From assembly GCA_051294905.1 (NCBI GenBank), contig CM119371.1:35156001-35220000 (forward strand): DNA of 64,000 nt, in the 5' to 3' direction. The translations under genes were made by a program, and so were the position numbers. Positions 28,201 through 43,200 of this stretch are shown here, piece after piece (positions within the stretch are counted from its first letter, which is position 1; every line of letters starts with the position of its first letter). This DNA is from Botryllus schlosseri (Eukaryota). The notes below the pieces were generated by a model. That model was not told the DNA's origin. It did no database searches and worked only from the letters and a program-made list of their open reading frames with translations.

Positions 28201-31200
28201 TCATTAAATAAATCAATGACTTTTTTCTTATATAGCAATGCTTCTATAGCTTGGAATCGAGCCACAATTGGTGTGCAGCGTTTTTCAGGCAACCAAACAA
28301 TTCGGCGCTTCTTCGATACACCCCCCGAGATCAAACAAGCGCTCACAACGACACCAATAAACGCTTCATATGAACATGCCAAAATTTATAAACGTCAAAA
28401 TAAATTGTATTTCGTGTTGAGATTGGAGTTGTGGTTGTTGTGGGGTATATCCAATAAGCACCAACAATTCTATACATCATGAGTCCATTTATATGTTGTG
28501 AACACACCGAGGACAAAAATAACGCAGGAATAGGCCGTTATATATTTTTGTCCTGATGTTTTCGCGGCAGATAACGTCCTTTTTCTAGTCCTATCCCGAC
28601 TGCAAGCAGTTAGTGTTATGGTCGATTTGGGGCAAGGTTACGTTAAGGTTAGCTGAAGTTATCTTGAACGCCTGCCTTGTTATATTGAATGCTCACTATA
28701 ACGACACTCGCTATTTACCCCTCATGTTACACACATTGGCACGGTTTCAACACACAGATTCGATCAACGCACGGCAGACGAAGAGTCCCAACCTGTCTCC
28801 TCTCGTCCATCATCCTCAGCTTCCACTGCATCATCCTGCGCGCCATCTCCAAACGGTCCTGCCCGGTTTGGACGGCCCGCGTCAAGTTCGATATCACCTG
28901 GTCCTTCCGCCCGACGGAAACCTCGTAAGTGTGCAGGAGCTCTTTCAGCTGCGAGATCTCGTCCTGGAAAATTTGCGGGTAGGAATATGAATAAAATGAC
29001 TTAATGAAGAAATACATTAGCGGAAAACTCAACGACAGGCTTCTAGAGGCGCAAAACTTTGATATCGTGTTGAAGAGGCACTGCACTCTAAAAATTACGT
29101 GGTCTCGTATTGAAGGGCAAAACGGAATAGAAATTTTGGCCGCAGCTGTTTTCTTCAGAACACCACCGTAATGGAGCGGCACTTTTTTGAAATTACGATA
29201 GCAACTTCACGCTCCAGCGGTCACACAGAGATCGGACTTTATAGAGTCGTCAGCTGATGTTACGAAGGAAATATGTCGTACACGCCCTATGTCCTAAAGA
29301 AATAGAATACATTAGGCCTCTTCAAAAATGATTTTGGATTATGAATAAAATAGTATTTACGGTGACCGATTCTTTAATCGTTTATTATAGTAGTGCTCAC
29401 CGTAAATACTATTTTATTCAAATCCAAATTTTTCGACGGCAATAACTCCGTTTCCACTGGTTGGAATTGAACCAAATTGGGTGAGCATCGTTTCTATAGA
29501 CAGCCTAACACTTTCATGGGGTTAACAGAAATTTTTTATCATTTATTTTTATATAATAAATAAAAACTTTCTTCTCCTGTAGCAAAGTGGTTACTGGGTG
29601 GAATTGAACCAAATTTTGTGTGTAGGCTTAAATTAGGTAACCTAACAATTTTATCAAGTAGCCAGTGCGACTTGAGAAAAAAAATCATTTTTGAAGAGGC
29701 CTAATGTATTCTATTTCTTTAGGACATAGGGCGTGTACGACATATTTCCTTCGTAACATCAGCTGAAGAGCCCTAACATGCCGTTCTCGTGCTTATGATA
29801 ATGCAATCAATCTTATTTCATGAACTCAATTTAATTTTTGTTGTAATTCTTTCTATTTTGGAATTTAAATAAAATTAAAAGATTTTTGGAATTCAGTAAT
29901 TCAAATTACAATCCGAATTAATCTAAAAGCTTACTAGAATGGGTTAGGGCAGCGGGTTTAGATTTAGGTTTGGGATCTAAGGTACAGGGGTGCTTCGAAG
30001 ATTCGCTAAACTGATTCTACATGATTGTATCTATGACGTCAGTATATCTAGTTTAGCGGAGATCACGTGAAACAACATAAATTATGATATCTTCACGGGG
30101 AGCATTGTTTGGTGATGGTCACAGGGAGCACTTCTCGTTGTATATTAAGACGTACGCCGGGCCCTAAAATCGTTTTGAGGCATGGATGACAGATTGGCGG
30201 GAATGTCACCGCGCATTTTCTGGTAAAAGAGGTCACCTGCAGCTTGTCCACGTCGGATTTGTGACCCTGCTCCATATCGGACACTTTTCTGCGATGCTCC
30301 TCGTCAATCGAAATTTTGGTCTGGCTCAGCTCGGCCTGCAGACAATGTAGTACGAGAGTTAACAAACTTTTTCAGAGCAAGAGAAAAATAACATCAACCC
30401 TCGATGTATATTCATTATTCATATTATTATTTGAAGAGCTTCTGGGAGGTACAGAACTTCAATAAAAAATTCAGGTTCATATACCGGTTTATTTCAATAT
30501 GTAGTCCTATTTACTATGCAATTGTATACCATATGCCAGCGGTACCCAACCCTTTTGGATCTCGGAGCCGCATTTCAAACTTCAGAGTACGTATGGAGCC
30601 GCATGAAGACACTCTAGTAGACTACTTGTAACGATAATTTAAGGTAGCCAGCCTACCTCTGGATCTCACCATCCAGATAATTCAAAAGCAAGCACATAGA
30701 CTTCTGTAGATTCTATCTCGGTTATTTTAGCATTGATAGACGCAGATTGGCGAGTGCTATACATTGAAATAAACTGAAAATGCATATCATTACTACAACA
30801 TACTATTATATCGTTATGCGATAGCTCTTCGTACATTCCAGCATTTGATTCACAAGTTTGTGGGGGATAATACGCTGAGTAATATTGGACTTATTGCAAT
30901 TTATATTTGATTATGAGCCGTTATTTTTATGTTAGCAAGATTGTGTTGAAATTTACTCTTCACAGAGACGATATGTAACGGTCTATGACCTGCAGAACCC
31001 AAGATATATCCTTGTCTGACACGAATTCATCCATGGCAGCCTTAGACGGCTTTAGACATAACTAATATCCCTCATTTTAGCATTCATATACAGGAATTCA
31101 CTATAACTATTCATAGAAACAAACAACAACTGTCTGTTATATTTTTGTGGCATATTTAGAGGTCACCCAAAGCCGCTAGAAGGCTACCTTGGAGCCGCGG

Positions 31201-34200
31201 TTGGGAATTACTATTTGCTGACAATTACACCTGACGAGTGTCAGCTGAAATTACTCAGGTTGAATTCAATACAAATATATTTTTCAACAGCAGGCCATCA
31301 CCATATTCTCACACAGGCCAGAGAACATCATTAATTCATGGACTCGTGAATAAGTCATTACAATCAGAGACTCACTAAAACTCACCAAAACCATAGTCTT
31401 CAATTTTCCGTGCCACTGGTCCAAACGCTCGTTCATGCGCACCATATGCGGGTCTTTGTGTCTGTACGCCCCTTCTTTGCCCGTCTTTGGGTCCTTCAAG
31501 TATGTCGAGATAGCGACCGGCTGTCTCGAAATGGGGTCGGATCTGTCTGACGCGGAGGTGGGCGAGGGTGAAAGCATGGGGCCGCGGTACGGGGTCCGTC
31601 CTGGGGACGGCATCGGTCTGGGTGTGTGCTCTTCTGCAATAAGCGGATATAAATCAGACCCAATTTAAAGACAGTATGAATTGTGAAGCAGTGTTGTGTA
31701 GATTAGGTTACCTCATTTTGAATTGGCGAGTAATTGGGTACATATGCGGAGAGATTTAGCAATGGGGCAGAAAAAAAAGAGGTTGGGGGCTCTCCTTTGC
31801 GTGCGGTTGTTCAAACATAACTGCCTTCAAACAGGACCATGCTTTATACATAAATTATGTCTACTGTGTAAAGATAGGGTAATACTAAAATGTCCCTCAG
31901 GTTGATATCTAGATTGTTATTTCGCATGAATTACTCATCAAATTCATCAGAAGTACCGTACAATCAAAACGAACTGCAATCGAATGCTAAAAAACAATCC
32001 ATGACCACCATATCCTACTATTATACACTAGGCGAATGGTTCTCAACCGGGGGTCCGCGAAACCTCCAAAGTTGCAAAATCGTTGATAACCTGGTTTGTA
32101 ATTTTTTTAAATAAGGGAAATCACGAGGCAGTTTCGCTTCATAACTGCTAAAACTTCATGACTCATATAAACGAAATGGATGTCTGAGATGAAATATCCT
32201 GGTGTGTAAATTCATTTCAATTGCTAAGTTGCCGATAGCATACTGATAAAATATTGTTGTTTACAGATGTTTTGTTGGGATTTTGTAAGAAAATTGTTTG
32301 CAAAAATCCACTATCTCCAGTGATATGCATAACCATTGTTTCAGAATAACTTCAAGATAAGCTGCTAGACGGAAATTACTATGTTGGACGCTATGTGCAC
32401 AGTTCACTAAAAATCTGTTTCTCAATTTTGGTGTAATATATGTTGCGATCACACTTAAAGGTGTCATCGGATATGAATATTCGGCACTCGTTAATCAATA
32501 GGGATTTGATATTAATATCAAGTATAAGGCACGAACATTCAAGGCACGACCGCGGATTCCACGAGATTCAGCAGCAGAATTCGCTTTGAAACAATAAAAC
32601 TAATATTTGCAAAGCACAGATGACGGTTGCACGGTGATTCTGGGAGCCAAATTTGAATTAAAGCGTTAGGGGTCCGTGGCGGTCCAAAAGGGGTCCGCGA
32701 AGACATAAAGGTTGAGAACCACTGCACTAGGCTATCTGGTTCTGAAAACAAACTAATTATGTGCCACTGACCAATGTTTGACAATTGGGACCAGTGGTCA
32801 CTACGAAACTTTGGCAACTGCTTGAAAAACCAAATGCACTCTTTCGTCAAGACGCCAGCCACAAGAGCTTCAAAGTCAATATCATGATTGATACAAATCT
32901 GGAAATCTGAGCAGTTTACGTTTTAATATCAGTACCTGGTCGCCAATTCTCCGTCTGCCTTCTAGCAGTCTCCGGCTCTTCGCTACCGACTGCGCTGTCT
33001 TCCTCTGTGTGTGTCGAACGAGTGGTTACCGTTGAACCAGCTGTATACAAAAAATCATGAAATAACGCACAGAGCTTCTTTGAGGTACAGAACTTCAATA
33101 TACAATTGAGTAGTATATTCATATTGAAATGAACTGAATATTTTCGGCTGACATTAGTCAGGGTTAATTGTCAGCCATTAGCGGAGCATTGGATAGACCT
33201 TCGCATCATCAACAGTCGTATCACAAGGAAACTTGAATAGTCAGGCCGAAGAGATCGCTAAAGCTTAATGCAGGCCCACAATTTTTAGACGGTAGGCCCT
33301 ACACAAACTCCTTCTGTAGGCCGAAAATATTCGGGTTCATATCAATATGAATATACTATTTGACTGTATATTGAAGTTCAGCACCTCCAAGAAGCTACTT
33401 GCAAAACATGTCACGAAACTACTTTATACCTGGAAAATCGTAATTATTGAGGTCCAGCATCTAATATACTTCTGCCCACTAAACTGTATTTAAGAAAGAT
33501 AACTAATCAAGTAGGCAAAGCCAGGGCATGGTATGGTATGGAACCAGAATTTTCCATACTCCATACTTGCCTTACTTTCTCCATACCATACTTGCAATTT
33601 TCCATACCATACCAACATTGTTCCATACTTTCAAATACTTCAATATCATAAGTATAGTACCTTTTCTAGCACCTATATTATTGATATCTCGGATCGGATG
33701 TCATTATTGCTTAAACTATAGGAATGATGCGGATCTAATCCCTGGTAATAGTTTCACAGAGTCTGTTTTGATGAGGTTTAGTTCACATTGGTGAGGTGCC
33801 GTGTACCTCTACTCTACAGCTTCCACGAGCAAATTGAGATAGTCAGCAGATTGTTATCTAGGACCGTCCATAAAAGGGACTGGCAACATACGACCTGCAA
33901 CGAGATTTTTTTCGGCCCGCGGACAGTTTCCCTGTCTTGCATGATAATGTGGCCGCGGCCGAGATTCCCTACTACTTGCCTAAACGTCAAATATAGTGAC
34001 TGCATGTTATTACATAGGTCTGCGCACTGCGCAGTGTGCGAGAGTGGAGCTTACGGGTAAGCTCTTCGAAGCGAGAAGACTTGCATTATCGGCATTTACG
34101 ACGTATACTCAACACTAATGAATTGATATATATCTTGGTAAATTTTGGGTAAAGGGGCTTATCAAACGCCTGTATGACAATGCTGTTCTCAAATCCCCAT

Positions 34201-37200
34201 TGTATTTTCATTATCGGCGAGAAATGGCTTTTTTGCTGTCGATAAAATACATCCAATAAATACGATTTATTCCTTGTATATATGGGCGAACAATTTATCC
34301 ATTCAGCAATCGGGCCTCCAAGTACTTAATTTTCCTATATCCGGCCCGCCGACTAGAGAAGTTGCACGCCCCTGCTCCGTAAGAATATCATCGCATTTCC
34401 GGTGCATTGGCATGAGGCACATGCAAGTTTGAAGTAAATACTCGCAAAGTAATTTATAATATAGGCGCACCCATAAAATATCGCAGCTGCAGGCGATCAA
34501 TACTGCAGCGATCTGCGTGATTATTAGTACAGTATTTGGTTGGGGTTAGTGCGGCGAGAATTTCAAACTAACTCTACCCCACTCCCTGACCGATAATCCT
34601 AATGGGAGAGCGTTTGAAATATGACCAATAAGATATCTCGGTATGTACATAGTATAAATGTACGGATAATGTTCAAGAAGAAATGTAATTATCAATAACA
34701 TTGAGCATTAAGTACGTTGCATCATGATTGCTTGTAAGATATCGGTAGTTGGAGTAGCAAACATTACCAATTATTGCGTCACATGATAGACTATCCTCGG
34801 AGACGTCGTGTCTAGACTCAATAGAATATCGGATCAACAATTCAACATTACTGTTGTCATTATTACATCACAAAATCAAGTCATTTCAAGTGCTCCTAAA
34901 ACCGTTGCACAAGCGTGTATTTGATCCTACACAGCGTTCAATAGTTCACGTTCACACATAATAAAAGCGATCGTATTCCGTGAACAGCGAACAACGTACG
35001 CTTCATGAAGCTTGCACAGATCACGATAAAATGTATAAAACACCAAAGTATGGAAGTATGGAAATGTCGTTCCATACCATAGATTAAAATCTTCCATTCC
35101 ATACCATACTTGCATTCTTCCATATTCCATACCAAAATATCGATCCATACCATACCATACTTCCATACCATACCATACCATGCCCTGGGCAAAGCCGTAC
35201 ATGATTTACTTTGGAAAAGTTTACATGCTTCACCAAAGACGACCTCTGTCAACGGCATAATACTAAACTCACCGGAATATTCTCCGATTGTCGTCAACGG
35301 CTGTTGGTCAACACCAGATAATCGAAGTTGCGGCAAGGTAGTAGACTCCGTCGCGACTGTACTTGGGTTCCATTTCGGGGTAACGATTGCATACTTTATG
35401 AGCTCATCATACTCCTCCTGTCACATTAAGTTGACGAGAAATGAAATGTTAATGTTTTGGGACAATAATATAGCATCTGAACTTCATCAACTGCGACAAA
35501 CCAGCATGTCTAACGAAGACTTGGACTAATTGGAGTGAAATACAGGTAATATAATTATATTCTGAATTAAATTGTTAGTTCTAGGTAATTCTAAACTAAT
35601 TTTATAATAAACTCAATTGTGAACGTTATTCTGAACTGGTTTTTCTAAAAATGCTACAGAACTGTATAGTGCGGAACGAGCCAAGTTTTCTGTACAGACA
35701 TTTGCTATTCTCATACTTATGAGCTCTTATTTTGTATGAATTGAACTTAATTTTTGTTGTTTACCTTCAACTAGGAATTTATTGAAATTCTAAAGTTTAT
35801 ACGAACTCTATAATTCTAATTCAAATCTAATTCAGAAAAGGTGGGAGTGTTCTAGTTGGCGAAGTCTGGTATAGCAGTCTTGTTGAAAATAATTGCATGC
35901 ATCTTCACATTATTGCATACACAATATATACATGTCTTACAAACCACATATATTGGAGTGGATACAAATTGGCTGCGTCAGCAATGACAACATATAGCCT
36001 ACTCTGGTGATACCCTCCATGTTTTGACGATTGGTCAGGGCTTGGTTAGGTTACCGGTAACCCTTTGGATTGGTTTGTGTGGGTTAAGGGCTATCCGTAG
36101 GTTAGCGTATCTGTTTGAGTATCTGTGCCAGTGGAAGAATGTTGTGTTGCATGGTTGAGTGAGAGGTTTGTTGGGGGCTAGGGTAAACCTGTAACCTAAC
36201 TTGAAATCCCAACCCAGCAGGCAACCCTACTATGAGATCTTCTCTCCCCTAAACCCAGAGTGGAATTGGTGGCAAGTGGCAACGTCACACCCAACTTTAC
36301 GATTAATTGCTTGATTATTCTATGCAAGAAACCTGAATTTGAAAACAATATCGATATAATAACTATCCGTTTCCAGTCTGGCACAAAACCAAACCAACTC
36401 CACCCCTATAGACGCTCCCCAACTAAATCCCTAATCTATAAACCAACCCTATCGCCAATATCAATCCACCCCTTATATTCCATGGGTGATATTTTTCCCA
36501 CTGCTGGTGTAGGACTGTTGTTCTTGATTAATGGATGTAGTGATAAGGTATATATATTACGTTACAGTCGCAGAGTCCTAGATTGAAGGGTATACACGCT
36601 CAATTCTATTTTATCATTCATTTAGTTGAATGTGGTTGATAGTTGATACGCAACGGTTGGCCAGCAAACGGATAATAATCTTTCAACTGTTTTGCTGATT
36701 AAGTGATTATGATTATACTAGACTACACCGCACGTCATTACGAAAACCAAGGGGCATCCCTAAAAGACGGAGAAGCGGAGGCAGCGGAGACAGCGGAGGC
36801 AGCGGAGAACGGACTCTAAAACGCAGAAGCAACGGAGACGGCGGAGAGAGCCAAAAATGCCGATTCCTAAAAGACGGAGACAGCGGACCTAGCGGAGAGC
36901 GGAGCTTTCGGTCATTAACCTTTATAGACACGCGCGACATAGCGGACGGATACTGAAAGCGGAGTCCGGGACCCCGCGAAATGGACATAGCGGACAGTTA
37001 TATAATATAGAAAGCGGAGATCGGGGCGTATCGGAAGATGTTTCGAAGCAGTGGAGAATAACGGAGAAGTCAGCCATGCAAGTTCAAGGCCAATTGGGCG
37101 ACTGATTGCCCATCGATGAGATGACATAGCGGGCGGTTATATAATACAAGGAAAGCGGAGTTCGGGGCGTATCGGAAGATGTTTCGAAGCAGTGGAGAAT

Positions 37201-40200
37201 AACGGAGAAGTCAGCCATATGCAAGTTCAAGGCCAATTGGGCGACTGATTGCCCATCGATGAGATGACATAGCGGACGGATACTGAAGCGGAGTTCGGGG
37301 CCCCGCGAAATAGACATAGCGGACGGTTATATAATATAGAAAGCGGAGATCAGGGCGTATCGGAAGATGTTTCGAAGCAGTGGAGAATAGCGGAGAAGTC
37401 AGCCATGCAAGTTCAAGGCCAATTGGGCGACTGATTGCCCATCGATGAGATGACATAGCGGGCGGTTATATGGTACAAAGAAAGCGGAGTTCGAGGCGTA
37501 TCGGAAGATGTTTCGAAGCAGTGGAGAATAACGGAGAAGTCAGCCATGCAAGTTCAAGGCCAATTGGGCGACTGATTGCCCATCGATGAGATGACATAGC
37601 GGGCGGTTATATAATACAAGGAAAGCGGAGTTCGGGGCGTATCGGAAGATGTTTCGAAGCAGTGCAGAATAACGGAGAAGTCAGCCATATGCAAGTTCAA
37701 GGCCAATTGGGCGACTGATTGCCCATCGATGAGATGACATAGCGGACGGATACTGAAGCGGAGTTCGGGGCCCCGCGAAATAGACATAGCGGACGGTTAT
37801 ATAATATAGAAAGCGGAGATCAGGGCGTATCGGAAGATGTTTCGAAGCAGTGGAGAATAGCGGAGAAGTCAGCCATGCAAGTTCAAGGCCAATTGGGCGA
37901 CTGATTGCCCATCGATGAGATGACATAGCGGGCGGTTATATAATACAAGGAAAGCGGAGTTCGGGGCGTATCGGAAGATGTTTCGAAGCAGTGCAGAATA
38001 ACGGAGAAGTCAGCCATATGCAAGTTCAAGGCCAATTGGGCGACTGATTGCCCATCGATGAGATGACATAGCGGGCGGTTATATGGTACAAAGAAAGCGG
38101 AGTTCGAGGCGTATCGGAAGATGTTTCGAAGCAGTGGAGAATAACGGAGAAGTCAGCCATGCAAGTTCAAGGCCAATTGGGCGACTGATTGCCCATCGAT
38201 AAGATGACATAGCGGGCGGTTATATAATACAAGGAAAGCGGAGTTCGGGGCGTATCGGAAGATGTTTCGAAGCAGTGGAGAATAACGGAGAAGTCAGCCA
38301 TGCGAGTTCAAGGCCAATTGGCGACTGATTGCCCTTCGATGAGATGACATAGCGGACGGATACTGAAAGCGGAGTTCGGGGCGCCGCGAAATAGACATAG
38401 CGGACGGTTATATAATACAGAAAGCGGAGATCAGGGCGTATCGGGAGATGTTTCGAAGCAGTGGAGAATAACGGAGAAGTCAGCCATGCGAGTTCAAGGC
38501 CAATTGGCGACTGATTGCCCTTCGATGAGATGACATAGCGGACGGATACTGAAAGCGGAGTTCGGGGCCCCGCGAAATAGACATAGCGGACGGTTAAATA
38601 ATATAGAAAGCGGAGATCAGGGCGTATCGGAAGATGTTTCGAAGCAGTGGAGAATAGCGGAGAAGTCAGCCATGCAAGTTCAAGGCCAATTGGGCGACTG
38701 ATTGCCCATCGATGAGATGACATAGCGGGCGGTTATATAATACAAGGAAAGCGGAGTTCGGGGCGTATCGGAAGATGTTTCGAAGCAGTGGAGAATAACG
38801 GAGAAGTCAGCCATGCAAGTTCAAGGCCAATTGGGCGACTGATTGCCCATCGATGAGATGACATAGCGGGCGGTTATATAATACAAGGAAAGCGGAGTTC
38901 GGGGCGTATCGGAAGATGTTTCGAAGCAGTGGAGAATAACGGAGAAGTCAGCCATGCAAGTTCAAGGCCAATTGGGCGACTGATTGCCCATCGATGAGAT
39001 GACATAGCGGGCGGTTATATAATGCAAGGAAAGCGGAGTTCGGGGCGTATCGGAAGATGTTTCGAAGCAGTGGAGAATAACGGAGAAGTCAGCCATATGC
39101 AAGTTCAAGGCCAATTGGGCGACTGATTGCCCATCGATGAGATGACATAGCGGACGGATACTGAAGCGGAGTTCGGGGCCCCGCGAAATAGACATAGCGG
39201 ACGGTTATATAATATAGAAAGCGGAGATCAGGGCGTATCGGAAGATGTTTCGAAGCAGTGGAGAATAGCGGAGAAGTCAGCCATGCAAGTTCAAGGCCAA
39301 TTGGGCGACTGATTGCCCATCGATGAGATGACATAGCGGGCGGTTATATGGTACAAAGAAAGCGGAGTTCGAGGCGTATCGGAAGATGTTTCGAAGCAGT
39401 GGAGAATAACGGAGAAGTCAGCCATGCAAGTTCAAGGCCAATTGGGCGACTGATTGCCCATCGATGAGATGACATAGCGGGCGGTTATATAATACAAGGA
39501 AAGCGGAGTTCGGGGCGTATCGGAAGATGTTTCGAAGCAGTGCAGAATAACGGAGAAGTCAGCCATATGCAAGTTCAAGGCCAATTGGGCGACTGATTGC
39601 CCATCGATGAGATGACATAGCGGACGGATACTGAAGCGGAGTTCGGGGCCCCGCGAAATAGACATAGCGGACGGTTATATAATATAGAAAGCGGAGATCA
39701 GGGCGTATCGGAAGATGTTTCGAAGCAGTGGAGAATAGCGGAGAAGTCAGCCATGCAAGTTCAAGGCCAATTGGGCGACTGATTGCCCATCGATGAGATG
39801 ACATAGCGGGCGGTTATATAATACAAGGAAAGCGGAGTTCGGGGCGTATCGGAAGATGTTTCGAAGCAGTGCAGAATAACGGAGAAGTCAGCCATATGCA
39901 AGTTCAAGGCCAATTGGGCGACTGATTGCCCATCGATGAGATGACATAGCGGGCGGTTATATGGTACAAAGAAAGCGGAGTTCGAGGCGTATCGGAAGAT
40001 GTTTCGAAGCAGTGGAGAATAACGGAGAAGTCAGCCATGCAAGTTCAAGGCCAATTGGGCGACTGATTGCCCATCGATAAGATGACATAGCGGGCGGTTA
40101 TATAATACAAGGAAAGCGGAGTTCGGGGCGTATCGGAAGATGTTTCGAAGCAGTGGAGAATAACGGAGAAGTCAGCCATGCGAGTTCAAGGCCAATTGGC

Positions 40201-43200
40201 GACTGATTGCCCTTCGATGAGATGACATAGCGGACGGATACTGAAAGCGGAGTTCGGGGCGCCGCGAAATAGACATAGCGGACGGTTATATAATACAGAA
40301 AGCGGAGATCAGGGCGTATCGGGAGATGTTTCGAAGCAGTGGAGAATAACGGAGAAGTCAGCCATGCGAGTTCAAGGCCAATTGGCGACTGATTGCCCTT
40401 CGATGAGATGACATAGCGGACGGATACTGAAAGCGGAGTTCGGGGCCCCGCGAAATAGACATAGCGGACGGTTAAATAATATAGAAAGCGGAGATCAGGG
40501 CGTATCGGAAGATGTTTCGAAGCAGTGGAGAATAGCGGAGAAGTCAGCCATGCAAGTTCAAGGCCAATTGGGCGACTGATTGCCCATCGATGAGATGACA
40601 TAGCGGGCGGTTATATAATACAAGGAAAGCGGAGTTCGGGGCGTATCGGAAGATGTTTCGAAGCAGTGGAGAATAACGGAGAAGTCAGCCATGCAAGTTC
40701 AAGGCCAATTGGGCGACTGATTGCCCATCGATGAGATGACATAGCGGGCGGTTATATAATACAAGGAAAGCGGAGTTCGGGGCGTATCGGAAGATGTTTC
40801 GAAGCAGTGGAGAATAACGGAGAAGTCAGCCATGCAAGTTCAAGGCCAATTGGGCGACTGATTGCCCATCGATGAGATGACATAGCGGGCGGTTATATAA
40901 TGCAAGGAAAGCGGAGTTCGGGGCGTATCGGAAGATGTTTCGAAGCAGTGGAGAATAACGGAGAAGTCAGCCATGCGACTTCAAGGCCAATTGGCGACTG
41001 ATTGCCCTTCGATGAGATGACATAGCGGACGGATACTGAAAGCGGAGTTCGGGGCCCCGCGAAATAGACATAGCGGACGGTTATATAATATAGAAAGCGG
41101 AGATCAGGGCGTATCGGAAGATGTTTCGAAGCAGTGGAGAATAGCGGAGAAGTCAGCCATGCAAGTTCAAGGCCAATTGGGCGACTGATTGCCCATCGAT
41201 GAGATGACATAGCGGGCGGTTATATGGTACAAAGAAAGCGGAGTTCGAGGCGTATCGGAAGATGTTTCGAAGCAGTGGAGAATAACGGAGAAGTCAGCCA
41301 TGCGAGTTCAAGGCCAATTGGCGACTGATTGCCCTTCGATGAGATGACATAGCGGACGGATACTGAAAGCGGAGTTCGGGGCGCCGCGAAATAGACATAG
41401 CGGACGGTTATATAATACAGAAAGCGGAGATCAGGGCGTATCGGAAGATGTTTCGAAGCAGTGGAGAATAACGGAGAAGTCAGCCATGCGAGTTCAAGGC
41501 CAATTGGCGACTGATTGCCCTTCGATGAGATGACATAGCGGACGGATACTGAAAGCGGAGTTCGGGGCCCCGCGAAATAGACATAGCGGACGGTTATATA
41601 ATATAGAAAGCGGAGATCAGGGCGTATCGGAAGATGTTTCGAAGCAGTGGAGAATAGCGGAGAAGTCAGCCATGCAAGTTCAAGGCCAATTGGGCGACTG
41701 ATTGCCCATCGATGAGATGACATAGCGGGCGGTTATATAATACAAGGAAAGCGGAGTTCGGGGCGTATCGGAAGATGTTTCGAAGCAGTGGAGAATAACG
41801 GAGAAGTCAGCCATGCAAGTTCAAGGCCAATTGGGCGACTGATTGCCCATCGATGAGATGACATAGCGGGCGGTTATATAATACAAGGAAAGCGGAGTTC
41901 GGGGCGTATCGGAAGATGTTTCGAAGCAGTGGAGAATAACGGAGAAGTCAGCCATGCAAGTTCAAGGCCAATTGGGCAACTGATTGCCCATCGATGAGAT
42001 GACATAGCGGGCGGTTATATAATGCAAGGAAAGCGGAGTTCGGGGCGTATCGGAAGATGTTTCGAAGCAGTGGAGAATAACGGAGAAGTCAGCCATGCGA
42101 GTTCAAGGCCAATTGGCGACTGATTGCCCTTCGATGAGATGACATAGCGGACGGATACTGAAAGCGGAGTTCGGGGCCCCGCGAAATAGACATAGCGGAC
42201 GGTTATATAATCTAGAAAGCGGAGATCAGGGCGTATCGGAAGATGTTTCGAAGCAGTGGAGAATAGCGGAGAAGTCAGCCATGCAAGTTCAAGGCCAATT
42301 GGGCGACTGATTGCCCATCGATGAGATGACATAGCGGGCGGTTATATAATACAAGGAAAGCGGAGTTCGGGGCGTATCGGAAGATGTTTCGAAGCAGTGG
42401 AGAATAACGGAGAAGTCAGCCATATGCAAGTTCAAGGCCAATTGGGCGACTGATTGCCCGTCGATGAGATGACATAGCGGACGGATACTGAAAGCGGAGT
42501 TCGGGGCCCCGCGAAATAGACATAGCGGACGGTTATATAATACAGAAAGCGGAGATCAAGGCGTATCGGAAGATGTTTCGAAGCAGTGGAGAATAGCGGA
42601 GAAGTCAGCCGCGAGTTCAAGGTGACTGATTGCCCATCGATGAGATGACATAGCAGACGGTTATATCGTTATAATATACTGAAAGCGGAGTTTGGGGCGT
42701 AGCGAAATATATTTCGAAACAGCAGAGAATAACGGAGAAGTCAGCCATGCGAGCTTCAGGCCAATTCGGTGATTGCTTGCCCATCGATGAGATGACATAG
42801 CGGACGCGTTTCGTATGACAATTTAACTGTTGATAGTTGTGGAATATTATACTGAACTACTTTCTACTTTACAAAAACCGAATTGCAAATGTAATTATTT
42901 CATCCAGAATACTGTTCAGGTAGATGTTGAAGTAATTGCGAAACATTACCACTTCAGTAAGTACCGGAAATAGCCCAAATCTACTTGATTAGCTCGAAAA
43001 AGTAGAAATATTCAACATATATAATATCTGAACAACGTGATGTGATAAAGCAAAAATAACGTCAGATTCGTATTCAGCGCCCCCAAATTAGGCATAATTG
43101 ACCCGAAGAAGTCCTGGCGCAAAAATCCTGTAGATCAGCGTTATTGGTGCTGCGGCGTGCGACGCCATCAAACCAGGAAATTGGCCCGTGAGCACATTCT

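Noticed and set aside
33428..33485. Possible extra POC5 exon with AG/GT boundaries
   Set aside because: All candidate acceptors give in-frame stops in the required phase, and exon 2 joins exon 3 cleanly without it.
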